Part shown: positions 19,488-30,095 of the stretch, piece after piece | Numbering within the stretch: the stretch's first letter is position 1 | How the letters are laid out: each line of letters starts with the position of its first letter | Position numbers and translations under genes: made by a program | The notes under the pieces: generated by a model | Databases searched by the model: none | Told to the model about the DNA's origin: nothing | What the model saw: the letters and a program-made list of their open reading frames with translations, nothing else | Source of the DNA: Alphaproteobacteria bacterium | Lineage (GTDB): Bacteria > Pseudomonadota > Alphaproteobacteria > SP197 | DNA length: 64,000 nucleotides | Reading direction: 5' to 3' | NCBI GenBank assembly: GCA_964291265.2 | Contig: OZ219747.1 | Span: 832,001-896,000 of the forward strand

Positions 19488-21560
19488 TCAGGCGCCTGGC
19501 ACGACGAGGGCATCGACGGCCACGGCGCCGTCCACCCCGGCGATCACCGGATTGAGATCGAGTTCCGCGATCATGTCGCCGAGCGAGGCAACCAGCACCG
19601 AAAAGCGGGCCAGCATCTCGGCCAGGGCCCTGCGGTCGCTCGCGGGCCTGCCCCGCACGCCGTCGAGCAGACGCCCCGCCCTCAAGCGGTCGATGAGGGC
19701 CAGGGCCGCGTCGGCATCGAGGGGCGGAACGGCGAGAAGGCTGTCGTCGACCACCTCGGCCAGGACACCTCCCGCCGCCACCAGGACGAGAGGCCCGAAA
19801 GTCTCGTCGCGAACCAGACCGAACATCATCTCGACCCCGGGTGGCGCCATGGGTGCGACAAGTGCGCGGGGACCCAGGCGCGACACCATCTCCTGCCAAG
19901 CCTCGAGGAGGGCTTCTTCGTCTTCGATCCCCAGCCTGACACCGCCGATATCGCTCTTGTGATGGTGTCCTGGCATGGCCGTCTTGAGAACCAGCGGGCC
20001 GGAGAACCTCGTCGCCGCTGCCATCACATCGTCAGCGGTCTCCACGATCACCGGATGCGTGGTCGCGCACCCGAAGTCCCGAACCAGCGCCAGGCCCTCG
20101 GCCTCCTCGAGGGCGCCGCCCTTGGCCAGGCGGCTGCGCCAGTGTCTGACGACCTCATCCGGCGGCGCATCGGGCGGCCGCATCGGCCGATGGTCACGCA
20201 GGGCCAGCATGCGCGAAAAGGCGGTCACGGCGGCGCCGAGGCCGTCGATCAGCGGTATGCCGGCCGCGGCGAGTTCGCGCGCCTTCTCGTGCACGACGGC
20301 GGCGGGTACGCAGTTGGCGAAGCACATCGGCTTGCCGGTGCGTTCCGCGATCCTCCTGGCAGGTTCGATGCAGGGTGTGCGGAAGACATCGAAATCGCGG
20401 ATGTCGGCGACCCACAGTCCGGCGGACGAGCCGGGGTCCGACATCAGCGCATCCCAGCATTCGGTGTAGATTTCCACGAAATTCCTTCCGGTCCCCCAGG
20501 CGTCGACCGGATTGGTCGCCTCGAGTCCATGCTCGAGACAGGCTGCCATGCGCCGGGTGGTGGCCTCGGAGACGGCAGCGAAGGGTACCTCGTGGCGGTG
20601 TGCGAGGTCGACGAGATGTTCCCGCTCGCCTCCCGAATCCGTGAGGGCGACGATGCCGCCCGGCCAGAACCGCCGCGGCTGGACGGCCATCTGCAGCGTG
20701 GCGATCAGGGCATCGATGTCGTCGACCCTCTGGACGGCATGATGCCGGAAGACGGCATCGTAGGCGTCATCGTTGCCGGCAAGGGCGCCGGAATGGGTGC
20801 GGGCCATGCGGATGCTCTCCGGCGTTCGCGCGAACTTGATCGCCACCACGGGAACATCGCGTTCGAGAGCCCTCGTGGCCATCTCGCGGAAGCGGGCGGC
20901 ATCGCGGACGGTCTCGAGAACGAGACCGATCGCTCGCGTCGATTCGAGACCGAGCGCGTAGTCCATGTAGTCGCCGGCCGTGACGGCGATCTCCTGGCCC
21001 GATGTCACCGTGAGATTGAAGCCCAGCCGGCCGTCGGTCTGGAGCATGCCGAGGTAGATCGAGCCCGATTGCGAAATCAGTGTGACCGGACCGACGTCGA
21101 GACTGGAACGTCCGCCCGACAGTGTCACCTGCACCCTCTCCTCCCGGTTGACGAACCCGGCTCCGTTACCGCCGCACACGAGAAGGGAGGCCTCGCGGGC
21201 CTTGCGTTTCAGACGCTCGAGAAGAGGAGGATCCCCGTCGTTCTCCACGTAGCACGAGGCGAAGATCGTCACCGCCTTCACGCCGGCGGCGATCGCCTCG
21301 TCGAAGACCCTCTCGAGACTGCGGTTGGAAACATTGAGCATCGCGTGCTCGACCGGCCGGCCGATCGAGGCGATGTCGCCGTGGCAGGGCACCCCGTCGA
21401 TGTCGTCATGGCGCGGATTGACGAGAAAGAGATCGCCGGAATAGCCGATCTCGCGGATGGCCTGCCAGGACGACCAGCCGAAGGATTCGCGGTTCGCGGA
21501 AGCGCCGACGACGGCGATCGAGCGAGGGTTGAGAAGGGGGCGCAGTCGGTGTTCGGTCAT
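19488..21560 (-). CDS. Acetate/acyl--CoA ligase (ADP-forming) family protein
   Basis: PRSIAVVGAS CoA-binding fold, SQSG, HSGALAG phospho-His, HKSDIGGV ATP-grasp, ELDLNPVI. Confidence 0.9.
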   Translation of the reverse strand: MTEHRLRPLLNPRSIAVVGASANRESFGWSSWQAIREIGYSGDLFLVNPRHDDIDGVPCHGDIASIGRPVEHAMLNVSNRSLERVFDEAIAAGVKAVTIFASCYVENDGDPPLLERLKRKAREASLLVCGGNGAGFVNREERVQVTLSGGRSSLDVGPVTLISQSGSIYLGMLQTDGRLGFNLTVTSGQEIAVTAGDYMDYALGLESTRAIGLVLETVRDAARFREMATRALERDVPVVAIKFARTPESIRMARTHSGALAGNDDAYDAVFRHHAVQRVDDIDALIATLQMAVQPRRFWPGGIVALTDSGGEREHLVDLAHRHEVPFAAVSEATTRRMAACLEHGLEATNPVDAWGTGRNFVEIYTECWDALMSDPGSSAGLWVADIRDFDVFRTPCIEPARRIAERTGKPMCFANCVPAAVVHEKARELAAAGIPLIDGLGAAVTAFSRMLALRDHRPMRPPDAPPDEVVRHWRSRLAKGGALEEAEGLALVRDFGCATTHPVIVETADDVMAAATRFSGPLVLKTAMPGHHHKSDIGGVRLGIEDEEALLEAWQEMVSRLGPRALVAPMAPPGVEMMFGLVRDETFGPLVLVAAGGVLAEVVDDSLLAVPPLDADAALALIDRLRAGRLLDGVRGRPASDRRALAEMLARFSVLVASLGDMIAELDLNPVIAGVDGAVAVDALVVPGA

Positions 21561-22149
21561 GCAGTGGAGCCGGATTGGAACGCCGCCGCGGACTATAGGC
21601 AGAATGCCGCGTCGGGGCGATAGCCTGATCGTGCGGTCTTCATGACGGCGCTCAACCTGCCACACAGGCGCCGCTGCTTGAGCGGACCCGCCGATCCGGA
21701 GGTCGCTTAGCGGCAAGCCTGAACTCGGCCCGCTGCCAGCCGACCGGCGCGACACAGGTCCCGCCCGCCAGGGCTTGCATGGCGCAGGCACTCCGTGATG
21801 ATGCCGAGACACCGCAGATCGTGACGCTCCTCAGCCAGACTGTCCCGGAGCCGGTGTTCACGTGCACCTCGGCGAAGGTCGATGTGAGGAACCCGGGGTC
21901 GCGGGCATCGTCATGGTCGGCACACTGCCACGGCGAAAACGGAATGATCAGCCCGAAAACGAGCATGCGCCGAGCGCCGGGTACGACAACGGAAAGGTCT
22001 TGCGTGCGCGGGTGCGGTTCTCGTACGGGGTCGATGGCGCCTGCCAGGAACCCCCTTTCGAGCGATGAAACGTGTCAAGGTGGCCGGGGGGATTCTGGCA
22101 GACACCAGATAGTTCAGGGTCCGCCATTCGTCAGGTGCCGTTGTTGCAC

Positions 22150-23271
22150 CTACATGCCGAGCTTCACCTCTTCCCACAGGTTGACGTACTTCTCGTCAAA
22201 CTCGGGCGGAATGGGCGCCAGGATACCCTTCGCCAGGAAGGCTTCGGGGTCCGTGAGGCCGGACTCCGCAATGGCCTCTGCCGGAACGAGATCGAAGGAC
22301 TTGGCGTTGGAGGCGCCATATTGATACCGTTCGATCAGGTAGGCGCCGGCTTCCGGTGACATCATGGCGTCCAGGAAGTCGTAGACCCGCTCGTCGCTGG
22401 CCACGCGGCTCTCGGGACTGGTGAGAACGAAACCGCAGACCCAGTTGCGGGCTCCTTCCTTGGGTGACATGTACTTGACCGGCAGGCCCTGGTCGGCAAC
22501 CGTCTTGTAGAGATTGTTCCAGGCGTAGGTGGCCACCAGTTCGCCGGCGACCATGGCCTGACCGGCCTCGGACTGGCTCTCCCAGTAGAACCGCAACACG
22601 TCGCGTTGCTGTTCCAGGAGCTTCCTCACCTCCACCAGCTGTTCGTCGCTCAAGGATTCCAGATTGGTGTAGCCCAGAACCTGCGCCGCCACCTGCACGC
22701 CGGCCTGCGGTGAATCGTAGGTTGACAGCTTGCCCTTGTAGCGCGGGTCGAACAGCAGGCTCCAGGATTCCTCCTCGATCTCCACGAGGTCGGTGCGATA
22801 GAGGATCGAGGAATTTCCCCAGTCCCACGGAACAAAGAGGTTCTCGCCGTCTTCGGTCAGGGTGGTCCCGATGCTCCTCAGGGACTCGAAGTAGTCAGGC
22901 CAGTGCTTCATGCGAGCCGTGTCGAAAGGCACGATGATGCCGGAGGCGTACCACTCCGTGACACCTCCCGAACAGGGGTGGCCGAGGTCGGTCTTGTAAC
23001 CGGCGAGGATCTTGTTCTTGGCCTCGGTCGTGCCGGCAAAGAACGTGATGTTGGGCGACGTCCCGTACTTGTCCAGATAGGCTTGGTGAAACATCGGGTC
23101 TTCGTATCCCGCCCAGGTGAAGAAGTTCGCCTCGTTCTGCTGTGCGGCCGCAGAACTGCCGACGAGAGGTGTGGTGACCACACCGATGCCGAGTGCGCCG
23201 AGCGTGCTGTGAAGAGTGCGTCGATCCATCTTTCCCGAGAGGAGTTGGTCGACAGGATCACATGATACCAT
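22150..23271 (-). CDS. ABC transporter substrate-binding protein, PotD/PotF-like, with Tat-type signal; no permease or ATPase genes nearby
   Basis: MDRRTL signal, FTWAGY, VPWDWG, SWSLLFDPRYKGK, PKEGARNWVCG. Confidence 0.85.
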   Translation of the reverse strand: MVSCDPVDQLLSGKMDRRTLHSTLGALGIGVVTTPLVGSSAAAQQNEANFFTWAGYEDPMFHQAYLDKYGTSPNITFFAGTTEAKNKILAGYKTDLGHPCSGGVTEWYASGIIVPFDTARMKHWPDYFESLRSIGTTLTEDGENLFVPWDWGNSSILYRTDLVEIEEESWSLLFDPRYKGKLSTYDSPQAGVQVAAQVLGYTNLESLSDEQLVEVRKLLEQQRDVLRFYWESQSEAGQAMVAGELVATYAWNNLYKTVADQGLPVKYMSPKEGARNWVCGFVLTSPESRVASDERVYDFLDAMMSPEAGAYLIERYQYGASNAKSFDLVPAEAIAESGLTDPEAFLAKGILAPIPPEFDEKYVNLWEEVKLGM

Positions 23272-23387
23272 TGCTTGTGGTCCCCCCATTGTTGCATCAA
23301 GGATAGCAGACGCTGGGGAAGAAACCACACTGCGTCCATGTCCCGAAGACAAGAGCATGGACGGTGCCGACAAGGTGACCTGGATTC

Positions 23388-23463
<76 letters not shown>

Positions 23464-23758
23464 CCATCGGGAAGCGCCGATGTAGGTCCGATGCCCGGAC
23501 TTGTCAAGACTTCCGGCGCCTTCCTGACCGTCTCACGAGAGAACCAGCTTCAGGTCGAACCGGTAACGCAGACGGGCACCGATGGCGCCGGCCGGATGTT
23601 GCGGTCTGCTCTGTTCGAGAATGTTGCGTGCCTTAGCGGATGCGGCCGAAAGGATGTCCCGGGCACCATCCGCCCCCCGTTCCCCGATGGAGCAGCGGTC
23701 GGCCGTGCCGAGGCAGAGAAAGTCGGTTTCCATGTGCGCCCACGTGGTCGGCCGGCCG

Positions 23759-23874
23759 GGGAAGCGTTCGGTCAATAGGGTGACGACGATGAGGATCACA
23801 GAGGCAACTGCGCATGGCCCCGGGACTCGCTCAGTGCTGTCATCGCCCCAATCACCGCGTGACCGAACGCTTGC
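23759..23874. mobile_element. MITE with IS66-type ends (copy 1)
   Basis: Ends GAAGCGTTCGGTCA and TGACCGAACGCTTGC; flanking direct repeat GCCGGCCG at 23751-23758 and 23875-23882. Confidence 0.8.
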
Positions 23875-24261
23875 GCCGGCCGAGGAAGCGGCCCTCGCCG
23901 TCAACCACCCCGGCGATGTCGCCGACATCAAGGGTCCCTTCGTTCACTTCCACGGGGACCAGTGTCCCGATGACGGCGCTCAGCATGTCGTTGTCGATGA
24001 CACGAGACATCGGCGAAATAAGTCATCAGTCCGGCCTGCAACCCGCAGGCCTGGGTTGACCGTTGCATCCAGCCGGGGCTGCCAGGATGACGGCAAGACA
24101 GCGCTCGTGGTCGGCCGGAGGCTATCGGTCCTGCTGGCCGTCGCCCCGGCGGTCGTCGAGTTGGGCAAATCGTAGTGGCGCGCCATCTGCACCGCGTCGA
24201 CGGTCAGGAGCGCACGCTCTCCGTCGCCGCCCTCCATGGTACCGGGCTTGAGGTCCGTCAC

Positions 24262-24380
24262 GCAAGCGTTCGGTCACGCAGGAGCATCATGGAACTGAGT
24301 GAATGCTGGCGAGACACGGGATATGTGCGTGGTTGCCGCCGTCATCCTCATCCATCGTCACCCTGTGACCGAACGCATAA
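24262..24380. mobile_element. MITE with IS66-type ends (copy 2, opposite orientation)
   Basis: GCAAGCGTTCGGTCAC...GTGACCGAACGCATA; interior is similar to the reverse complement of copies 1 and 4; no clear TSD. Confidence 0.75.
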
Positions 24381-24539
24381 CTCCATACTCCATGGGGACG
24401 CGCTCCAAGGATCACTCGTGCCTGTGGGTTGACGAGCCAGGCAACGACCATGCCCGCCAGTATCCCGGCGATGGTCTGTGCCAATGAACCGGCCATGGTG
24501 ACGGGACTCCCTTGGCGCGATCGAAGTCGTCGCGGTTCG

Positions 24540-25057
24540 GCAACATGACATCGGTGGGCGATTGAGCACGGCGCCGGCAAGCCGTTCACTGGCGAACGCC
24601 GAAGTCCATTCCTGGACGGGCAGGTCGGAGGTCATGACGGTGGCGCCGGTCCCGCAGCGCCGGCTGAAGACATCAAACAGGAGTTCACTCCTTGCCTGCG
24701 AGAGGGCACATGTCCGATCTCGCGTACGATCAGCAGGTTCATCCTGGCGAGCTGGTCCTCGAAGCGGAACAGCCTCTGGTCGTCGCGTGCCTCGATCACT
24801 TCGTGAGCCGCCGGACCGTGCGGTCCGTCCTGAGGCCGAGCATTCCAGCCGCACTGGCTCTGCGGTCGGGACACAAGGCGGCAACCGTCCTCCGGGTTGC
24901 AGCGGAGCCTGATTCCCAGACGCCATTCCTGTTGCAGGCACCCATGATCGGGCCGGCGATGAACGTGGACATGTCCTTGACTTCATGCACCGGCCCCCCG
25001 GTCCTGCCGCCATGGCGAATTGCGGGGAATTCCACCGCGCAAAGGAGGCGCAGTGAC
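24540..25057 (-). mobile_element. IS21-family remnant (degraded istB helper ATPase)
   Basis: HEVIEARDDQRLFRFEDQLARMNLLIVREIGHVP / SELLFDVFSRR...TSDLPVQEWTSAFASERLAGAVLNR; boundaries approximate. Confidence 0.75.
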
Positions 25058-25096
25058 AGGCCTTCCTCTCTTCGCGCCTTCCAGATCGCGATCTGT

Positions 25097-25152
25097 TGAC
25101 TTCCAATTGGCGCTCTCCTGACTTCCAATCAGCCGATGTCGATGGTTCCAAT
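25097..25152 (+). promoter_or_regulatory. Three phased direct repeats (TGAC)TTCCAAT, putative operator
   Basis: TTCCAAT at 25101, 25123 and 25146 (22-23 bp spacing), just upstream of the ATG at 25173. Confidence 0.5.
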
Positions 25153-25172
25153 TGTCTGTACCCGGAGATGGG

Positions 25173-25242
25173 ATGTTCAAGCGGTTTGTAGAGCGCCGGG
25201 CCGCCGAGGCTCTTTCGGATACGCCCGTGGTTCTCATTGTGG
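25173..25242 (+). pseudogene. 5' fragment of the interrupted AAA_14/DUF4143 ATPase gene
   Basis: MFKRFVERRAAEALSDTPVVLIVG continues as RRAGKTTLV after 32870. Confidence 0.85.
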
Positions 25243-25352
25243 GTAAGCGTTCGGCCGTTCGGTGATGGCTGATTTTGGTTGGTTTGGGTCTTGCTGACTA
25301 TCGTCTGAGAAAGAGCTGGTAAACTCGTTTGGTCTCGATTATGGTCGAGGCC

Positions 25353-27785
25353 ATGAAGACTTTTGCCGAGACGCGCGGAGCGACACAGCAGCTGACGGGA
25401 GGTGGTGACGGCCTATGTCGGGCGTCAGTGGCCTTGTCATGCGAGGCGCCTGACTGGCGTGCGCTCTATGAGGCGGAGCGGGTTCGTGCGGATGCGGCGG
25501 AAGCGAGCATGCGGTGTGCCAGGCGAACTGGCGGAAGGTAGGGGGTGAAAGTCCCCTGGAACGAAGGAGTAACCAAACCACGTTTCTCCGCGAGCCGTGC
25601 GTCGGTTCCCGCGAGGGGGCAGGCGAAGCGTCGGTAGCGGTACGGATGGGCAGGGCTAATGAGCACCGAAAAAGCTATCATCCGGGGTGCCGAGGCTTTC
25701 GCATTGGTCGAAGGCAACATCGCAGGCATCGATTTGGTGAGATGTCGGCGAGCCCCGCGGTGTCAGAGAACCCATGCACGTCCGCACGCCTTCTGTTGGG
25801 ACCCTGGGAGATCTTCAAACCGTCCCGCCGGTTGTGGCGGGACCGCATGGGGAAGGAGAAAACCGAAGCCTATGATGTACGGTTTGAAGAAGTCGGATGA
25901 GGCCGTAGTACCTGTGAAGGCGGCGAACAAGGAAGCGTTAGCTTCTGCGGAGTCGCTGGAGGAAAGGGCCTCAACCAAGGGGAATCCGGGACGCTAAAGC
26001 ACGCACCGAACGCAGTGTCGGGCAAGCGTGCCACAGGCGGCGGATCGGATACGGGAAGCCGCAGGCTAGTCCAGTGGTTTGCCGTCCAGTACCCGAGGTA
26101 GGAGCCGGATGGATTAACGTCCACGTCCGGATCTGCGCGGGGGGTGCGCAGCAATGCGCATCCCTACCGCGTCTGACCTGCGCCGTGCGAAGAATTCTGC
26201 CCGTGCCCGTGCGGGCACATTCAAGTTTCATCTCGACCGCACTCGTGATCAGCTCAAGGAGGCTCGCCGGGAGGTGAAGCGTGGACAGGTCCGAGCGGAG
26301 GCGCTGGAGCAGGAAAGGGACGCTCTGAAGCTCAAGAACGCTGAACAGGCGAGCGAGCTGAGGAATCTCCGCGGGACGCGTGCCAAGCACGCGACGGCGC
26401 GCTTCGGGTCGAAGAGCGAGAAACGGAAGAAGAAGGAAGGCACCGGGAACAAGCGGGGTCAGCAACCCGGCAAGAGCGGCCACGGGCGCACTCCGCGTCC
26501 GAAGCTCAAGGAGAAGCACGAACGCCATGATCCACCGGCATCGCAGCGCACGTGCCCGTGTTGCGGCGAGCCCTATGTGGCCAACGGCAGCCACGAGACC
26601 TCGATCATGGAGGTCCATGTCAAGGCTCATATCCGGCGGATTGAACGTGGGCGTTGGCGCCGTGGTTGTCAGTGTTCGTCGGCGCCTGCGGAGATCATCG
26701 CGCCGCCACCTTTGCGCTTGCTTGCGAATACCCCCTTCGGCATCAGTGTCTGGGAATGCGTGCTCTATGAGCGCTTCGCCTGCTTGCGTCCCCTGCGCCG
26801 GGTCTCGCGATGGCTGGAAGACCAGGGACTGCCGATGGCGCCGGGAACGATCGCTGGCGGCATGAAGAAGATGACGCCGATGTTCGCGCCTCTCGCTCAG
26901 GCCATCCTCGATCATCAGAACCGGCTGACGGTGCGCCACGGCGACGAGACCAGCTGGCGCATCCAGTCCCTCAAGGCCTCGGGGCGCTCGCAGAAGGCCT
27001 GGCTGTGGACCGCGGTCAGCGCCGACTCCGTCTTCTTCCTTATCGACCCGTCACGCAGCGCCCGGGTGGCCATGGTGCTGTTCGCCTCCACCGAAGGTGT
27101 CGTCTTCCTTGTTTGCGACCGCTACGTGGTCTACAGGAAACTGGAGCGTGAGCTTGATGGCAAGGTGATCCTCTGCCTTTGCTGGGCGCACTCCAGGCGC
27201 GATGTGATCGAGGCTGCGGCAGGCCAGGAGGGGCTGGAAGAGTGGTGCGACAAGTGGCTCGACAGGATCGCGCTGATCTACACACTGAATGGGCAACGGC
27301 TGAAGCACTACGATCCCGCACGCAAGCGTCAGTCAGCGAGGTTCAATGCCCTGCAGAAGGACCTTCGTGCGGCTGTCGAGGCGCTGTTCAGGCAGGCTCA
27401 GGAGGAACTCGACGCCTTGCCCGAGGGTGCACGCGAAGCGAAGCCCTTGCGTTCCCTGATCCGTCACCGCGAGGGACTGTGCGTCTTTGTCGACCATCCC
27501 CAGGTGCCCATGGACAACAACTTTGCCGAGAGAGCCCTCCGGGGTGCGGTGACCGCGAGAAAGCTGAGCTTCGGCTCCGACAGCGAGGAAGGCGCCGCCT
27601 TCACCGCCATCATGTACTCGGTCATCGGCACCCTTGCCATGAACAACATCAATGTTCGGCGCTGGCTTCATGAGTGGCTTGAGGCCTGCGCGCAGAACGG
27701 CGGCAAGCCGCCGGATGACCTCGACCCGTGGCTGCCATGGTCGATGCCCCCGGAGCGTCGAAGGGACCTCATGGAACCGGGGTGA
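25353..27785 (+). CDS. IS66 transposase split by a group II intron: join(25353..25513,26174..27785), about 590 aa
   Basis: Coiled coil, RGQQPGKSGHGR, CPCCG zinc finger, HGDETSW, VCDRY, CWAHSRR, MDNNFAERALR; frame is continuous after removing 660 nt; start approximate. Confidence 0.88.
25514..26173 (+). ncRNA. ORF-less group II intron (IEP deleted)
   Basis: 5' GTGTG; domain V GAGCCGGATGGATTAACGTCCACGTCCGGATCT (about 26102-26134) with AGC triad and AC bulge; domain VI with bulged A at 26166; EBS1-like CGCAT (25700-25704) complementary to exon end ATGCG (25509-25513). Confidence 0.9.
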
Positions 27786-28040
27786 TCGAGTGCCGTTACG
27801 ACGGCCGTGACTTCACCGCGCACGAGATGGCGCTGTTGCGCTCCCTGATCACCCAGCACCCCACCCGTGCGGCCATCGCCCGCGCCTTCTGCCGCGAGAC
27901 CGGCTGATACAAGCCCGACGGGGCCTCAAGAACATGATGGCGAATGTCGCCTTTCTGGCCATGCACCGCGACGGCCTCATCACCCTGCCGCCACCCCAAC
28001 GACGAGCAACCCGACCCGGACCCATCGTCTTCGGACCCAA
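27782..28040 (+). pseudogene. N-terminal remnant of a DUF4338-type IS accessory protein
   Basis: RYDGRDFTAHEMALLRSLI...TRAAIARAFCRETG*YKPDG/LKNMMANVAFLAMHRDGLITLPPP, with a stop and a frameshift; overlaps the transposase stop. Confidence 0.7.
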
Positions 28041-28529
28041 CAGCGAACCGCCACGTGGTGCGCCTCCCAAACGCATCCTCAACCGGTGAATATCACCAAC
28101 AATCACCGCGTGGCCGAACGCTTACCGTAACTGCTCACCCGGGTGATCCTTGATCGCCTTTTCTCGAGGACGTTCGGGTCAGGCACCTTCTTTCGTCACC
28201 TTCACGGGTCCGTTGCCGGGAACCGGATGTGCGGGCCCCGGTTGGCAAGAACCGGTCCGGTCTTCAGGCCCCTTGTTGTCCCGTGGCGTGAGGGTCTGCA
28301 GCGCGGTCCCGAAACCCTCAGCCGACGGTGCCGGTTCCGTCGGCTGCTCATGCGTTCGAGCCGGGAATCGTCCGTCGTGTCTCCTTGAAAGGGTCCGGAC
28401 GGTCGCCGCACGGATCACCGGCGTCGGCAATTCGTTGGACGAACGGGGGTCTCAACGGAGCACCGGCTTCTTGATCGGTCGGCGCGGTCGAGTTCCGTCG
28501 ACGCATCCGGATCCTGCATGGCTCTGAGT

Positions 28530-30095
28530 TCATGCGGTCTCGGCGCGGATATCGAGGAGATTGCGCGCCTCGCGCCCGCAGGCCACGCCGATCAGGTGAA
28601 CCGAGCCGTCGTGGTCGCGGTAGGTCTCCGCATAGCCTCGCTGGCGCATCTGCGTCATGGCCGCATCCAGCGCGGCGGCGCCGTCCTCCTCGCCGTCGGC
28701 CATCTTGAACTCCAGCACGAAGATCTGCCCGCCGAGACGCACCACCATGTCCGCACGGCCGCGATGCGAGGCCTCCTCCACGCTCAAGCCCACCCCGGCC
28801 GCGCGCAGGCACATGTAGAGAAGGCTCGCATACCAGGCCTCGTAGCGCGCCAGGTCGCCCCTGGCATGCCACTGATAGGGAATGCCCGCGAGCCAGGCGC
28901 GGAGCTTCTCGCCGAAGCCCGCGAAGTCGTTCGCCTCCAGCAGTGCGCAGAACTCCCGTCCCCGCTCCAGTGGCTCGCCCCCCTTCTTGCCCAGCCAGGC
29001 AAGCAGTCCGTCATTGAGGCTGATCCGGACCTCGAGGTTGGGATAGTCCAGACGGTAGAGGGTCCTGTGGTCCTGCCTTTCCTCCCCGGCGATGGTCAGG
29101 TAGCCGGTCTGGAAGAGCAGCGCCTCGATGTCGATGTCGCCGACATCGAACTTCGAGACCAGCGACGTGTCCGTCAGCCGCCCCTCCAGTTCCATCGGAC
29201 TCACCGACTTCTCCATCAGCATCCGGAACAGGAAGTTCGCAGATCCCGTCTCGAACCAGTAGGGGCGGAACTCGCGACTGTCGAGCAGCAGGAGCACGTC
29301 ATAGGGATTGTAGACCCGCTCCCCGCCTCGCCAGTGGTAACCGTTGTACCAGGTGCGGATCTCCTCGCGGTCCAGCCCGGCCATTTCGGGGCCGAACACA
29401 CGGTCCAGGTCCTCCTCGCGGTAGCCGCAGATCGTGCCAAAGCGCGGATCGAGGCTGATGTCCTTCAGATTGTTGAGTCCCGAGAACAGGCTGACCTTCG
29501 AGAACATGCTGACACCGGTGACGAAGACGAAGCGGACATGCCTGGCGCTGTCCTTGACGATGCCGTAGAAGCCGCGCAGGTAGTCCCGGTTGGTCGTCGC
29601 AAGCTCCGGATCGTGGAGCGCATCGAGGATCGGCTTGTCGTACTCGTCCACCAGCACCACGACCTGTCGGCCAGTGGCGTCGTGCAGGCGGTCGAGAAGG
29701 TCCCGCAGACGTCTCGGGCCGGTATAGGAGATCCGGGCAGGCGGGAGACCGTGCTCGCGCTCCACGCCATCCAGTTGCACGATGATGTCCTCTTCGATCT
29801 CGCCGGGTTCGTTGTATTTCCCGCCGAAGCTCAGCCGCACCACCGGATGGGGCGTTGACCAGTCCCAGTGGGGGTGGATGGCCAGTCCCCTAAACAGGGG
29901 TTCGCGGCAGGCAAACAGCGATCGCAGGGTGTCGAGCAGCAGGCTCTTGCCGAAGCGGCGCGGACGGGACAGGAAGTAGTGATCGCCCTGCTCGACCAGG
30001 TCCCGGATGAGCGAAGTCTTGTCGATATAGTAGCTGCCGGTCTCCCGGAGACGCCGGAAGTCCTGGATCCCGATCGGAAGACGGCGGCGGGTCAT
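28530..30095 (-). CDS. AAA-ATPase-like domain + PD-(D/E)XK nuclease (PDDEXK_9/DUF1703) protein
   Basis: LPIGIQDF, YYIDKT, LSRPRRFGKSL, LVDEYDKP, WYNGY, YNPY, GYLTI, YPNLEV, GRADMV...VLEFK; intact 521 aa. Confidence 0.92.
   Translation of the reverse strand: MTRRRLPIGIQDFRRLRETGSYYIDKTSLIRDLVEQGDHYFLSRPRRFGKSLLLDTLRSLFACREPLFRGLAIHPHWDWSTPHPVVRLSFGGKYNEPGEIEEDIIVQLDGVEREHGLPPARISYTGPRRLRDLLDRLHDATGRQVVVLVDEYDKPILDALHDPELATTNRDYLRGFYGIVKDSARHVRFVFVTGVSMFSKVSLFSGLNNLKDISLDPRFGTICGYREEDLDRVFGPEMAGLDREEIRTWYNGYHWRGGERVYNPYDVLLLLDSREFRPYWFETGSANFLFRMLMEKSVSPMELEGRLTDTSLVSKFDVGDIDIEALLFQTGYLTIAGEERQDHRTLYRLDYPNLEVRISLNDGLLAWLGKKGGEPLERGREFCALLEANDFAGFGEKLRAWLAGIPYQWHARGDLARYEAWYASLLYMCLRAAGVGLSVEEASHRGRADMVVRLGGQIFVLEFKMADGEEDGAAALDAAMTQMRQRGYAETYRDHDGSVHLIGVACGREARNLLDIRAETA

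Larger units (their letters stand above)
23540..24520 (-). pseudogene. Trimethylamine methyltransferase (MttB superfamily) pseudogene, C-terminal half, broken by two MITEs
   Basis: Collinear fragments AGMVVAWLVNPQARVILGARP / TDLKPGTMEGGDGERALLTVDAVQMARHYDLP / GEGRFLGRP / METDFL...ADR...RYRFDLKL. Confidence 0.72.
25243..28125 (+). mobile_element. IS66-family insertion sequence (single-ORF type) with a downstream DUF4338-type remnant
   Basis: IRs GTAAGCGTTCGGCC (25243) and GGCCGAACGCTTAC (ends 28125); 8-bp TSD CATTGTGG at 25235-25242 and 32863-32870. Confidence 0.92.

Noticed and set aside
21652-21966. Possible xanthine dehydrogenase molybdopterin-subunit fragment (FAEVHVNTGSGTV)
   Set aside because: One short motif only; not supportable.
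23759-24380. Recurring GACCGAACGC motifs as a CRISPR array
   Set aside because: They are inverted pairs about 120 bp apart, dispersed and with TSDs; there is no regular spacer pattern and no cas gene.
25514-26173. Retron or diversity-generating retroelement
   Set aside because: No reverse transcriptase ORF in the window, and the RNA features are those of a group II intron.
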